A DNA stretch of 46,789 bases. Origin: Desulfobacteraceae bacterium (GTDB lineage Bacteria; Desulfobacterota; Desulfobacteria; Desulfobacterales; Desulfobacteraceae). The DNA is taken from assembly GCA_021107575.1 (NCBI GenBank), contig JAIOSM010000100.1:1-46789 (forward strand), in the 5' to 3' direction. The notes beneath the pieces were generated by a model that worked only from the letters and a program-made list of their open reading frames with translations, was not told the origin of the DNA and searched no databases. Position numbers and translations under genes: made by a program. The stretch's first letter is position 1, and the number at the start of each line of letters is the position of its first letter. This document shows positions 35,839 through 44,046 of this stretch, piece after piece.

Positions 35839-36939
35839 TTATTTCATTAGTTGATCTCGTCGGGATTGGCTCATAGCGCTTGCCCGGTTAATAACATTTC
35901 TAACGCCGGGAGGGGCAAATCGACTGTAAGCCCCCCTACCCATGCCGCCCGCAGCCGCACTGGCTTTCCCTGCAAATGCACCGCCTTTAGCCATTGCCAT
36001 TGCACCGCCACTAGCCGCAAGACCACCAATAGCACTAAGACCGCCTGTAATACCTGCGGTTGATCCGGCCTGGCCACCGCTTAAATTAGCTGCAATGTCC
36101 GGAACTTTTAGAAGTAAGCCGATCGAAAGAAGGTTCATGAAAAAAACAAACCAGTATTCAGATGTAAAAAAAACCCATCGGAAATCACCTGTTTGTGCAT
36201 ATAAATCCTTCATTGACTGTCCTATAATGCTTGAAGTAATACCAACCACCAAAGAAGCAAAAATAATTATTAAGGCATAGTTTATAAGGGCGGTAGCCCA
36301 ATTTTTAAAATATCCTCTTGCTCCTTTAAAACAAAAACAAAAAAGAAATATTGGACCGACTACCCAAAGGATATAGGACATAAAAAGTGATATGGAACAG
36401 AGCACAAAATATGTTATCGAATAAACAAGAACGGGGGCTATAAGCAAAACAAAAGCCATTCCGTTTTCAAAATATTTCCATGCATTCCAAATCAAACTGC
36501 CAGACGGTTCGATATTAAAACAAAACTGAAAAGTTTGATCTAATAAACCTCCTATTTGAGCAAAACAGGCTTGAACACCAAAGAGTTGAGCAGTTTCTGA
36601 ATGAACTTCCGCAGTAATAAAAAACCCGGCTAATTTATATGTTAAATCTTCAAATGGTTCTTTAACCCAATCTAAATAAGTTAAACTATCAAAAACCAAA
36701 CTATTGCAAAGAATTAATAAAAAAGCTGTCATAACCGCTTCTTTAGGCTTTTCAAGTCTTCCAAACCATGTCTGAATAATTATATATAAAATATAAAAAA
36801 TTGTTAAAACAACAGCGAGATCCTTAAACACAAATGGTATCTCTGATAAAATATCAATTAAATAAACATTTAAAACCTCTTGAAATTTTCTCCAAAGATT
36901 TAATAAAATTTTTCCATAAAAATATTCATAGGTTTGCAT
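35839..36939 (-). CDS. virB6: T4SS VirB6/TrbL
   Basis: Polytopic membrane protein with a Gly/Ala-rich C-terminal tail (GGQAGSTAGITGGLSAIGGLAASGG...). AAGGAAGG RBS upstream. Confidence 0.8.
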   Translation of the reverse strand: MQTYEYFYGKILLNLWRKFQEVLNVYLIDILSEIPFVFKDLAVVLTIFYILYIIIQTWFGRLEKPKEAVMTAFLLILCNSLVFDSLTYLDWVKEPFEDLTYKLAGFFITAEVHSETAQLFGVQACFAQIGGLLDQTFQFCFNIEPSGSLIWNAWKYFENGMAFVLLIAPVLVYSITYFVLCSISLFMSYILWVVGPIFLFCFCFKGARGYFKNWATALINYALIIIFASLVVGITSSIIGQSMKDLYAQTGDFRWVFFTSEYWFVFFMNLLSIGLLLKVPDIAANLSGGQAGSTAGITGGLSAIGGLAASGGAMAMAKGGAFAGKASAAAGGMGRGAYSRFAPPGVRNVINRASAMSQSRRDQLMK

Positions 36940-36954
36940 AAGGGACCTTCCTTG

Positions 36955-37838
36955 TTATTGTTTTTTTTCTTTCGCCTGTCTTTTTTTTATTTGTAATCTA
37001 AGTTGGGCATTACGATCTTTAGCGCGCTGAACGTCTGTTCTATTATCAGCATCAAGCTCATTTAGTGTTCTTTTGACATAGCCACCAGATTTTCCCTTAT
37101 CGTCCTTAGCTTTTTTTTGCATAGCCTTTTGTTCTTTTTCAAATTCCTCATCTGATTGTTCCCCGGTATATAAAAGCATTGCCTGAGCTTCATAATAATT
37201 AGCAGATAAAAGAAGTTGCTCAGTGAGGACGGATAAAACCTCAATTAAAATCCTGCTGGTTAAATCTTGTGCTGATTTCATGTTTTTATTTGAGGAATGG
37301 TCGATCATTATAGAAAGGTCTTCAATTTTTGATATTCTATCGCCAATGCCTTCAAGTCTTTTCTCATTATTGATAATAATATTTTTCAATTTGCCCTGCC
37401 TGATTTTGTGCTGGATCTTCTGTTTTTTCCAGGGCGTTACTTTTTCATCACCACACCAGACGATTTTTACAAGGTCTTTAGCATTGGTAAAACCTTCGAT
37501 TTCTTTTAAAACAGCCTGATATTGACTAAGGTTTGTAAGCTTGCCACTAGTAATATCATCAAAACTACTCTGGATATCTTTAAGATTGCCCTGCAAGCCT
37601 TTTCCCATGTTGTAAGACCCGCTCAGATTTTCAATTACTTTTTCAAGTTTTTTGAAATTACCTTTTTTAAAACTTTTTGCTTCGGAGTACATACTTGCCA
37701 TTTTTTTTATCTGCTGTAGGTAATAAACGTACGATGTCACGTCTGTAACCGGCTGCATTGCGCTAAGCATTGTTACAGGCATAATTAAATTTATGATAAT
37801 GATACAAATAAGCAGTTTTTTTTTAGTTTTTTAGTCAT
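36955..37838 (-). pseudogene. VirB5/TrbJ-like protein; signal-peptide exon out of frame at an A9 homopolymer as assembled
   Basis: Track ORF 36955..37782 starts at MPVTMLSAMQPVTD. An upstream ATG at 37838 has a GAGGTG RBS and would encode MTKKLKKKLLICIIIINLIMPVTMLSA (signal peptide) if the T9 run at 37816-37824 were 10 nt. Position between virB4 and virB6. Confidence 0.6.
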
Positions 37839-37856
37839 TTCACACCTCTGTTTAAG

Positions 37857-37973
37857 TTAAAAAAATTTTGTCTTGTCCGGTAGCTTGTCCGGTAGCTTGT
37901 CCGGTAGCTTGTCCGGTTCTTGTCCGACATCTGCAAAGACACTCTGTTTACAAAAATTTGCAGGGGTTTTCAT
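37857..37973 (-). CDS. possible 38-aa micro-protein containing (LPDK)x3-4 encoded by a 12-bp tandem repeat
   Basis: ATG at 37973 lies 17 nt after the virB4 stop and is preceded by GAAGGAAG. Encodes MKTPANFCKQSVFADVGQEPDKLPDKLPDKLPDKTKFF. Confidence 0.3.
   Translation of the reverse strand: MKTPANFCKQSVFADVGQEPDKLPDKLPDKLPDKTKFF
37872..37929. repeat. 12-bp tandem repeat CTTGTCCGGTAG, 3 perfect copies plus about 2 degenerate copies
   Basis: Read directly: perfect copies at 37872-37883, 37884-37895 and 37896-37907, then CTTGTCCGGTTC and TTGTCCGACA. Confidence 0.9.
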
Positions 37974-37990
37974 CTTCCTTCGCCAATATT

Positions 37991-40381
37991 TTAAGTTTTT
38001 AAAAATTCTTCTTTCCATTTATTTCCATATTTCGGCTGGAACTTTTCCAATTTTGCCACTGCATCGCTTGAGGAATCAAAAATATTTAGCATGTCGCCCA
38101 ATGGACTTAAGTTAATAAAACAGGTTACGCTTTCACCATCTTTTCGTTTAATCATTACTTGTCTGCCAAATGGATCTGTATTTTTAATCCATTCAAATTC
38201 AGTTTCATTCAGGCCGAGCATATCCATGTAATGTTTACGTTTTGCCAAAGGTTCAGGGAAAAGTATAAAAGTTCCCATATTCTGTCTGATAATGGGCGAA
38301 ATTGAGTCTTCAAGGAGTGTTTCTGCGTCTTGGGTAGCACCTAAAAAGACTCCGTTTGTTTTTCTTATTTCTTGTAAAATTGTTTCAATTTTAGGTTTAA
38401 ATTGTTTGTTATCTAAATATCTTGGTAATTCATCTATAAAACAGACGTAGCCGCCTTTTGATTCCCTTGCTTTTAAAAACAACTTATGGAAAATATACAA
38501 AATTAAAGGGGCTAAAACTTCCGGGACATCAAGAAGTCCTGACATATCATAAGTTATGAGTTGATTTGAAAAATCAAGAGCATCGTTTTCATTATTAAAA
38601 AAACTACCGTACAAGCCACCGTCTAACCATTGTTTTAAATTCCTTGCGATTGTTCCTTTTTCCGGTGTTCCGAATGCAACGGCAATATTCTCAAGAGTTC
38701 TTTCTTTTTCCGGTAATTGATAAAGTTCAAAAATAGCTTTTCCAATTGTTTCCTGGTCTTCTTCCCCTGCCCGACCCGTTAAAATCTGAAACCAGTTTTT
38801 TAAAAATGTTCTGTTGTCTCCTGTGTCTGGAAGCCGTAAAGGATTCATTTCCATTTGTTTGATGTATTCTGGAGAGATATAAGTTCCGTCATGGAAATTG
38901 TTCCAGACTTTTAAGCCTTTTAATCGATCAAAAGCTAAAATACGGAAATTGTCGTATTTAAAACAATGAGATAAAAGAAAGCTTAAAAAAGTTGTCTTGC
39001 CTGATCCAGTACCGCCAATTATTAAAGTATTGCCCAATGCAAAAGGTTCTGGTGAAATATGGAAGGTAAAAGCATAATCAGATCCGGCAGTAGTTTTTAA
39101 ATTTACAACCGGGTGTTGTCCCCAGGAACAAGAACTAAAGCCCTGCCCTGAGTTTGAAAAGCTTGCAAAATGTGACGCGTTTGAAGAGGTTATCTGTCTT
39201 TGTCGTGGATTCATCCAGCTTGTTTCAGGGAATCTTGACCAAAAACAAGCTTCTGTATTAATTCTTTCTCTAGCACATCTAAAACCAAAAGAATTAACAA
39301 AAGTTTGTAGTTCTGTTACTGCTCGTTCTAACTCTTGGAGAGAATCTTCTTGAATTTCAAGTATCCAGGAATGTTTTAACAGTGAGAAGTCGTCAGCTTC
39401 CAGCCTCTCTAGTAACAGATTACATTCTTCAATCCTTACAGCACCGTATTGTATAAAGTTTTCAGCATTTTTTAATTTATCTTCAACAATTAAAATAGAA
39501 TGCCCTTTTTCATATTTTTTAAAGCCTTGAAAAAGAGAAAAAGTTCTTTGTATTGAAAAAAGCTTGTCTTGAAACTTAGCTTTTGTCTCTGTTGGCGGCA
39601 TTTTAATTGTTAAGTATGCTGCATATCTCTTTTTCCCAGAAAAATAGACCTGATAATTCTTGTTGCCGGGAAAATTTAAATGAACCTCAGAGAGAAAGCC
39701 TGTTAAAAAGCCATTCTTCTGGACTTTTTGTTTAACAGGCTTTCCGTTTATTAACCATGCCCAATAACTTGCAAGCTCATCACCGTGTAATTTTCTAGCG
39801 CCGCCAAAATTTTTCAATTTGGCAATCAGATCATTTGTTGTGTCTGTTAAAATGCGTATATGTTCGGCAGTTGCCCTGGTTTCTTTCTTTTTAGAGGCAA
39901 CCGCTGACAACACCTGATCATAAAGATTTACTCCGGCAACTAAAACGAGATAATGTTTTGTTCGGTAACTTCGTTGAAAATTTTGTGACCAGAGTTTTGC
40001 TATTTGAGAAGCTATTTTAATTGTAAACGATTCAGTGTCAATGCTTTGCTGTATTTCCAGCCTATGCGATTGAGATAATAAGGTTAAGGATTCCGGGACC
40101 TGATCAAAAATTGCCTGCCTGGTTAAAAACAACGAGTCTTGCCGAGCTAAATCCAAACCAGTATAATCAATACCTCTAACCTCTAAGACAGCACACAAAC
40201 CACCGCCTTTAGTAATTGTAAAGCCGTCTTCTGTTACCCTCTGGATTGGGCATTTGTCATCAGCTAAGCTTATTTGAGACGATGATTTAAAAGGCAATCT
40301 TGTAAAAAATAAGATCCCAATGCAAAAGCATATTAAAATCATTACGACAAAAATTATTAAAAGGACTATCTCAACTCCCAT
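37991..40381 (-). CDS. virB4: T4SS ATPase VirB4/TrbE
   Basis: 796 aa, Walker A IIGGTGSGKTTFLSFLL, Walker B YVCFIDELPRYL. Position after B2/B3. Confidence 0.95.
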   Translation of the reverse strand: MGVEIVLLIIFVVMILICFCIGILFFTRLPFKSSSQISLADDKCPIQRVTEDGFTITKGGGLCAVLEVRGIDYTGLDLARQDSLFLTRQAIFDQVPESLTLLSQSHRLEIQQSIDTESFTIKIASQIAKLWSQNFQRSYRTKHYLVLVAGVNLYDQVLSAVASKKKETRATAEHIRILTDTTNDLIAKLKNFGGARKLHGDELASYWAWLINGKPVKQKVQKNGFLTGFLSEVHLNFPGNKNYQVYFSGKKRYAAYLTIKMPPTETKAKFQDKLFSIQRTFSLFQGFKKYEKGHSILIVEDKLKNAENFIQYGAVRIEECNLLLERLEADDFSLLKHSWILEIQEDSLQELERAVTELQTFVNSFGFRCARERINTEACFWSRFPETSWMNPRQRQITSSNASHFASFSNSGQGFSSCSWGQHPVVNLKTTAGSDYAFTFHISPEPFALGNTLIIGGTGSGKTTFLSFLLSHCFKYDNFRILAFDRLKGLKVWNNFHDGTYISPEYIKQMEMNPLRLPDTGDNRTFLKNWFQILTGRAGEEDQETIGKAIFELYQLPEKERTLENIAVAFGTPEKGTIARNLKQWLDGGLYGSFFNNENDALDFSNQLITYDMSGLLDVPEVLAPLILYIFHKLFLKARESKGGYVCFIDELPRYLDNKQFKPKIETILQEIRKTNGVFLGATQDAETLLEDSISPIIRQNMGTFILFPEPLAKRKHYMDMLGLNETEFEWIKNTDPFGRQVMIKRKDGESVTCFINLSPLGDMLNIFDSSSDAVAKLEKFQPKYGNKWKEEFLKT

Positions 40382-40395
40382 GATTAGCCCTCGCG

Positions 40396-40686
40396 CTAGC
40401 TGCCATAAAAATTCCCTCCGTCATATTTGGTTTTAGTGCTTCCGCAATTCTTGATTTTAATTAATAAAATGGTTACGAATTCATCATCCCAACGCTTTAA
40501 AAACCAACCAAAGACATATAAGACCAAAGCAAACCCAACCGTTATAATAAGCTTGCCAAAAGGCCATATCAGCGTGCAAACCAAACACGCTAAGAGCATA
40601 TAGTCTCTGGGTAAGCCAAAAACCAGGGTTGAGGATTGATACATAGTCGTAAATAATGGCTGTGTTTGCTTTTCTCCGGTTTCCAT
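40396..40686 (-). CDS. VirB3/TrbD-like small membrane protein
   Basis: 96 aa with two TM segments, and a LVFGLPRDYMLL motif region like the VirB3 'TRP' region. Sits between the pilin gene and virB4. Confidence 0.55.
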   Translation of the reverse strand: METGEKQTQPLFTTMYQSSTLVFGLPRDYMLLACLVCTLIWPFGKLIITVGFALVLYVFGWFLKRWDDEFVTILLIKIKNCGSTKTKYDGGNFYGS

Positions 40687-40696
40687 AAATTATCCG

Positions 40697-40981
40697 TTAT
40701 TTACTGATTAAAAATTGTGCTATTTCAAGACTGGAGCCGATTATTAAAGCGGAAACTATAATCCCGATAGCCCAACCTTTAGCAATTTTATTAAAAAACA
40801 TTCCAAGGCAAGCTCCGGCAATTGCCAAAGCACAAATAATGACGGCTACGTCCATTATTTCTTCATATAGCTGAGTTCCCTTGTCGGTGACGTTACCAAA
40901 AGGGCCGTCAGCTAAAGCCAGTGGAACAAGTAAAAAAATGTTTAGAAAATTGATACAGCCAATCGTGATAAAATTTTTCAT
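40697..40981 (-). CDS. VirB2/TrbC-like pilin
   Basis: 94 aa with a signal peptide ending LALA, two hydrophobic helices, and first position in the T4SS gene order. Confidence 0.6.
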   Translation of the reverse strand: MKNFITIGCINFLNIFLLVPLALADGPFGNVTDKGTQLYEEIMDVAVIICALAIAGACLGMFFNKIAKGWAIGIIVSALIIGSSLEIAQFLISK

Positions 40982-40997
40982 GAATACTACCCCTTTG

Positions 40998-41294
40998 TTA
41001 AAGTTTAAAATTTTTAATTGTTTTTATGTACTGTGGGCTTTCATCAATAAGGGATAAAGCCATTCTGCACGCCTGTTGTCTTGTTTTTATGTCTTTTTGT
41101 TGTTCAAGAAGCTTATTTAAAAGATTACTTCCTTTATCAGAGAGTTGAATCCGTACCGTTTTAACGTTTTTAGTAGAAATGCCGTTTTTGGGCCGTTCAC
41201 CAGTTGCCAATTTAAAAAAACCATACTCTAAAGCACCTTTACAACCAGCCAGCGCCGGAGCAACTCTAAGATAGAAATTTTTGCTCTTTTTCAT
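40998..41294 (-). CDS. hypothetical protein (98 aa) between relaxase and pilin
   Basis: The ORF abuts the relaxase stop (TAAATG). No recognised motif. Confidence 0.5.
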   Translation of the reverse strand: MKKSKNFYLRVAPALAGCKGALEYGFFKLATGERPKNGISTKNVKTVRIQLSDKGSNLLNKLLEQQKDIKTRQQACRMALSLIDESPQYIKTIKNFKL

Positions 41295-42809
41295 TTACAA
41301 ACCTATTCCTCTTTGTTTTTTCTTTATATTTTTAATGCTTCTTTTTATTTTTGGTGATGCTTTGCTAAGTTGTTTGGCGTAATAGTTTAATTCTTTTTTA
41401 GCCGCCCTTCTCTCTTTTGGATCTGGAATTTTATTAATTGTTTTTTTTGATTCCTCTAAGCTTTCAGAAAGCCGGTCGGCTTGTTTTTCAGTCATTGAAT
41501 AGCGTTTGGGCTTTAAGTCCCCTGCCCTTTTAATAAACTTTTTAAATCTTGGATCACGCTTCTTAAGGTCCCGTTCAAGCTTTCTGATAGCATTAAAGCT
41601 ATCTAAGCGTTCTTTTGAGCCTTCTTTAGTCTTTTGTTTTACGTTTATTTTTAATTGGTTTATTTGTTTTCCAATAAATTTCACATCGTCTTTATAGGCT
41701 GTTGGTTTTGATTTCCAGGGCTGATTAGCTTTTTCAAGTTTGGCAAATTGCTTTTTAAGATTATTTAAAAATTCTTTTAATTGTGAAGGCGTTTTATCAA
41801 TTAAAAGCTTATCTTTTTTAGGTTTAAGCTGGTCAGCTCTTTTAATAATTTTTTTAAATTCCGGATCGCGATTTTTAAGCTCTCTTTCTAATTTCCGAAC
41901 AGAATTAAAAGCCTGTCTTCTTTGGATTGTATCTGGTGTTGTTCTTTCTTTTATGTTTCGTTTTAATTGATTGACTCTCTCGCCTATTGCATCGCGCTTT
42001 TTTAATAATCTTTCCTTTTTGGCGGGAGTCACGGTTTTTAATGCAATAGCTATTTTATTATGTTGTTTTTTTAATAAGGCAACTTCCTGATTAATGTCTT
42101 TTAATTTAATTTGAAACCATGTTTTGCTTTTAGATTTAATATATTGATTGGCTTTGACTGTTTGTATTCTGTCTCGTATTAATGTTGCAGAATGTGGCAG
42201 CCCTCTTTGTGTTAACCCTATTGCAAACTCTTGCCTTAAACTGAAGAGGTCTTTTTTTCTTAATCTTAACTTGTTTAAGCTTCTGTCTCTTGATTTAGAC
42301 TTTATTACAAGATGCACATGCGGTTTTGTTCCGTCCTGGTGAATACCAAACGCATAATCATAGCCCTGAAAATTATTTGCGGCTAATTCTTTAACAGAAT
42401 CACGAACTTTTAGAATATTTTTTTTGGTTTTCTTACAATCAGCAGAAAAAATAACGTGCTCAACGTGCCGTGGTGTTCTTTTTGAGCCTTTTGGCTTTCT
42501 TTCAAAATCTTTTGCCCAGTCTTGATATAATTCTTTGATTTCTTCTTTATTTTGTATAACTTCACCACCGGAAGTTTCTAATTCAACGCTGTCTTTTTTT
42601 TCTGTATCTTCTCTGGCAATATATTCAAGTAATCCTTTAACTTTATTGCCTCGTGGTGAATTTTTAACTACTTTAATAACGGCTTGAGCCTGTTGTTTTT
42701 TTAAATCTTTTAGATAGTATTTATTAGAAAAACGTACGGCCTGTTGATTTTTAGTTTTTGTGCTTTTTAAATCTAAATAATCATCTTTTATAAGCCGTAA
42801 TGATTTCAT
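41295..42809 (-). CDS. conjugative relaxase (VirD2/TraI-like, HxDxxxPHxH type) with duplicated C-terminal module
   Basis: N-terminal LLEYIAR (candidate catalytic Tyr region), HVIFS, and GIHQDGTKPHVHLVI (3-His motif). The C-terminal half contains two ~60-aa repeats. Confidence 0.85.
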   Translation of the reverse strand: MKSLRLIKDDYLDLKSTKTKNQQAVRFSNKYYLKDLKKQQAQAVIKVVKNSPRGNKVKGLLEYIAREDTEKKDSVELETSGGEVIQNKEEIKELYQDWAKDFERKPKGSKRTPRHVEHVIFSADCKKTKKNILKVRDSVKELAANNFQGYDYAFGIHQDGTKPHVHLVIKSKSRDRSLNKLRLRKKDLFSLRQEFAIGLTQRGLPHSATLIRDRIQTVKANQYIKSKSKTWFQIKLKDINQEVALLKKQHNKIAIALKTVTPAKKERLLKKRDAIGERVNQLKRNIKERTTPDTIQRRQAFNSVRKLERELKNRDPEFKKIIKRADQLKPKKDKLLIDKTPSQLKEFLNNLKKQFAKLEKANQPWKSKPTAYKDDVKFIGKQINQLKINVKQKTKEGSKERLDSFNAIRKLERDLKKRDPRFKKFIKRAGDLKPKRYSMTEKQADRLSESLEESKKTINKIPDPKERRAAKKELNYYAKQLSKASPKIKRSIKNIKKKQRGIGL

Positions 42810-42812
42810 TAA

Positions 42813-43130
42813 TTAGATGTTCCTATTTAAACGTTTTAGTTCTTGAGCAAGATTTTTAAATTCTTGCCTCTGTCTTTTATAAATTGAATTTATTTGGTCT
42901 TCATTTATCTGAATTTTTGTATAAAAACATTTTGAAATTTTATTAAAAAGGCTTTTTATCCTGGTTGATTCTTGCCGGAACAGCTTTAAAATTTCAGAAG
43001 TCTTTTTTTTATTTTTTGAATTTATAAAACCCTGGAAAATGTCATCTCTAAGAAGGTTGCGATCTTTAGAACTTAATTTTCCTTCTTTAATATCAAAAGT
43101 TTGTAGTGTAACTTTTTGTAAATTCATCAT
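42813..43130 (-). CDS. MobC-like relaxosome accessory protein, divergent paralog
   Basis: LFRQESTRIKSLFNKISKCFY aligns with the MobC core of the upstream gene. The C-terminal RQEFKNLAQELKRLNRNI parallels ELRQEFKKIFKELKILNGNF. Confidence 0.55.
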   Translation of the reverse strand: MMNLQKVTLQTFDIKEGKLSSKDRNLLRDDIFQGFINSKNKKKTSEILKLFRQESTRIKSLFNKISKCFYTKIQINEDQINSIYKRQRQEFKNLAQELKRLNRNI

Positions 43131-43474
43131 TAAAAATTCCCGTTTAATATTTTTAATTCTTTAAATATTTTTTTAAATTCTTGCCTCAATTCTTCATGGT
43201 TGTTCTCCAGATCCGAGCGGTTGATTTGTGCAGACATATTATAAGAATGAGCAATTTGATTAAGGTTGCTTCCAATCCTGGCAAATTCCTGTCTGAACAT
43301 TTTTAGTTCATTTAAAAAATTAATTGCTCTGCCACGATCTGCTTTGTTTACATATTCAGACAAAATATCCCTGATTAGTTGAGATCTATTCTTAAGATCA
43401 GGAGAGGTTTTCACTTCCTTTTCCAAATGCTCTAAAACGAAATCTTGAATTTTATGATTTACGTGGATTAGCAT
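43130..43474 (-). CDS. mobC: MobC-family relaxosome accessory protein
   Basis: FRQEFARIGSNLNQIAHSYN matches the MobC (PF05713) core RIGNNLNQIA. Sits immediately downstream of the oriT-like region. Confidence 0.8.
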   Translation of the reverse strand: MLIHVNHKIQDFVLEHLEKEVKTSPDLKNRSQLIRDILSEYVNKADRGRAINFLNELKMFRQEFARIGSNLNQIAHSYNMSAQINRSDLENNHEELRQEFKKIFKELKILNGNF

Positions 43475-43523
43475 GGATTAGAGGACTCCTTTAGGAGATT
43501 TTTTGGTGAGGTCTCCTTTAGGA

Positions 43524-43566
43524 GCAGGATGGCATTTCGTAAACGTAGTACGAAATGCCATCCTGC
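43524..43566. other. candidate oriT core: perfect 18-bp inverted repeat (7-nt loop) whose arms contain the IncP/Ti-type nick-core heptamer ATCCTGC
   Basis: GCAGGATGGCATTTCGTA (43524-43541), loop AACGTAG, TACGAAATGCCATCCTGC (43549-43566). Located 50 nt upstream of mobC. Confidence 0.6.
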
Positions 43567-43712
43567 AAAGACAAAAACAAATACTTTTTTATAGTATTTT
43601 CCCTTAAAAAGTATTTATTTTGTTGTTTTTTATTTAGCTTTAATAAGCAAAACGCTTGCAGGACAAGCGCTACACCTTTATTTAGTTGAGAATCTAACAA
43701 TTTTATTGGTTT

Positions 43713-43837
43713 TGTGACTTTTTGTTTTTCCATTGTGATTCTTTTATTTCCTCTTGTGATTCTTTGATTTTACTTTGTGACGCTTTGATCTTGCTTTAAG
43801 ACTTTAATTTTTCCACTGTGACTCAAAAAAACCTGTT
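43713..43837 (+). repeat. iteron-like array: TGTGAY-initiated 21-bp direct repeats in phase
   Basis: TGTGA starts at 43713, 43734, 43755, 43776 and 43817 (spacing 21, 21, 21, 41). The unit is about TGTGAYTCTTTGWTTTTNCYT, and the copy at 43797 is degenerate. Confidence 0.75.
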
Positions 43838-43859
43838 TCTTTCTGTTTAATGAAATAAG

Positions 43860-43878
43860 TTTTACTTGTCAAGTAAAA
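43860..43878. promoter_or_regulatory. perfect 19-bp palindrome TTTTACTTG-T-CAAGTAAAA, candidate operator
   Basis: 9-bp arms around a central T at 43869. Lies 168 nt upstream of the XRE-family gene. TTTACTT/AGTAAA half-site-like sequences recur at about 43940 and 43976. Confidence 0.4.
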
Positions 43879-44046
43879 ATACCATTTTTTTGAACTTTTA
43901 TTTTATAAATTTAATATATATGTATAAAAATTTAGAATTTACTTACTATTTTTCTCAAATTGTTACATGAAAAAGAGTAAATAAAACAATAATTATATAT
44001 TGAAAAGGCTTGATAAATACTTTAAAGGTCTGTTAAAAATGTAATC

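Noticed and set aside
35851-36280. Three track ORFs (35851..36063 +, 35871..36077 -, 35942..36280 +) rich in Ala/Pro/Arg
   Set aside because: All overlap the Gly/Ala-rich C-terminal tail of virB6 in other frames or on the other strand. This is a typical compositional artefact of a locally G+C-rich repeat-like coding tract.
37873-38115. Plus-strand ORF starting MSGSLSGSLSGSLSGS
   Set aside because: It is created by reading the 12-bp tandem repeat on the non-operon strand and runs antisense into the virB4 3' end. It has no RBS.
43518-43733. 71-aa minus-strand ORF
   Set aside because: It spans the oriT hairpin and the first iteron-like repeat. It has no RBS and lies in a low-complexity regulatory region, so it is most likely non-coding.
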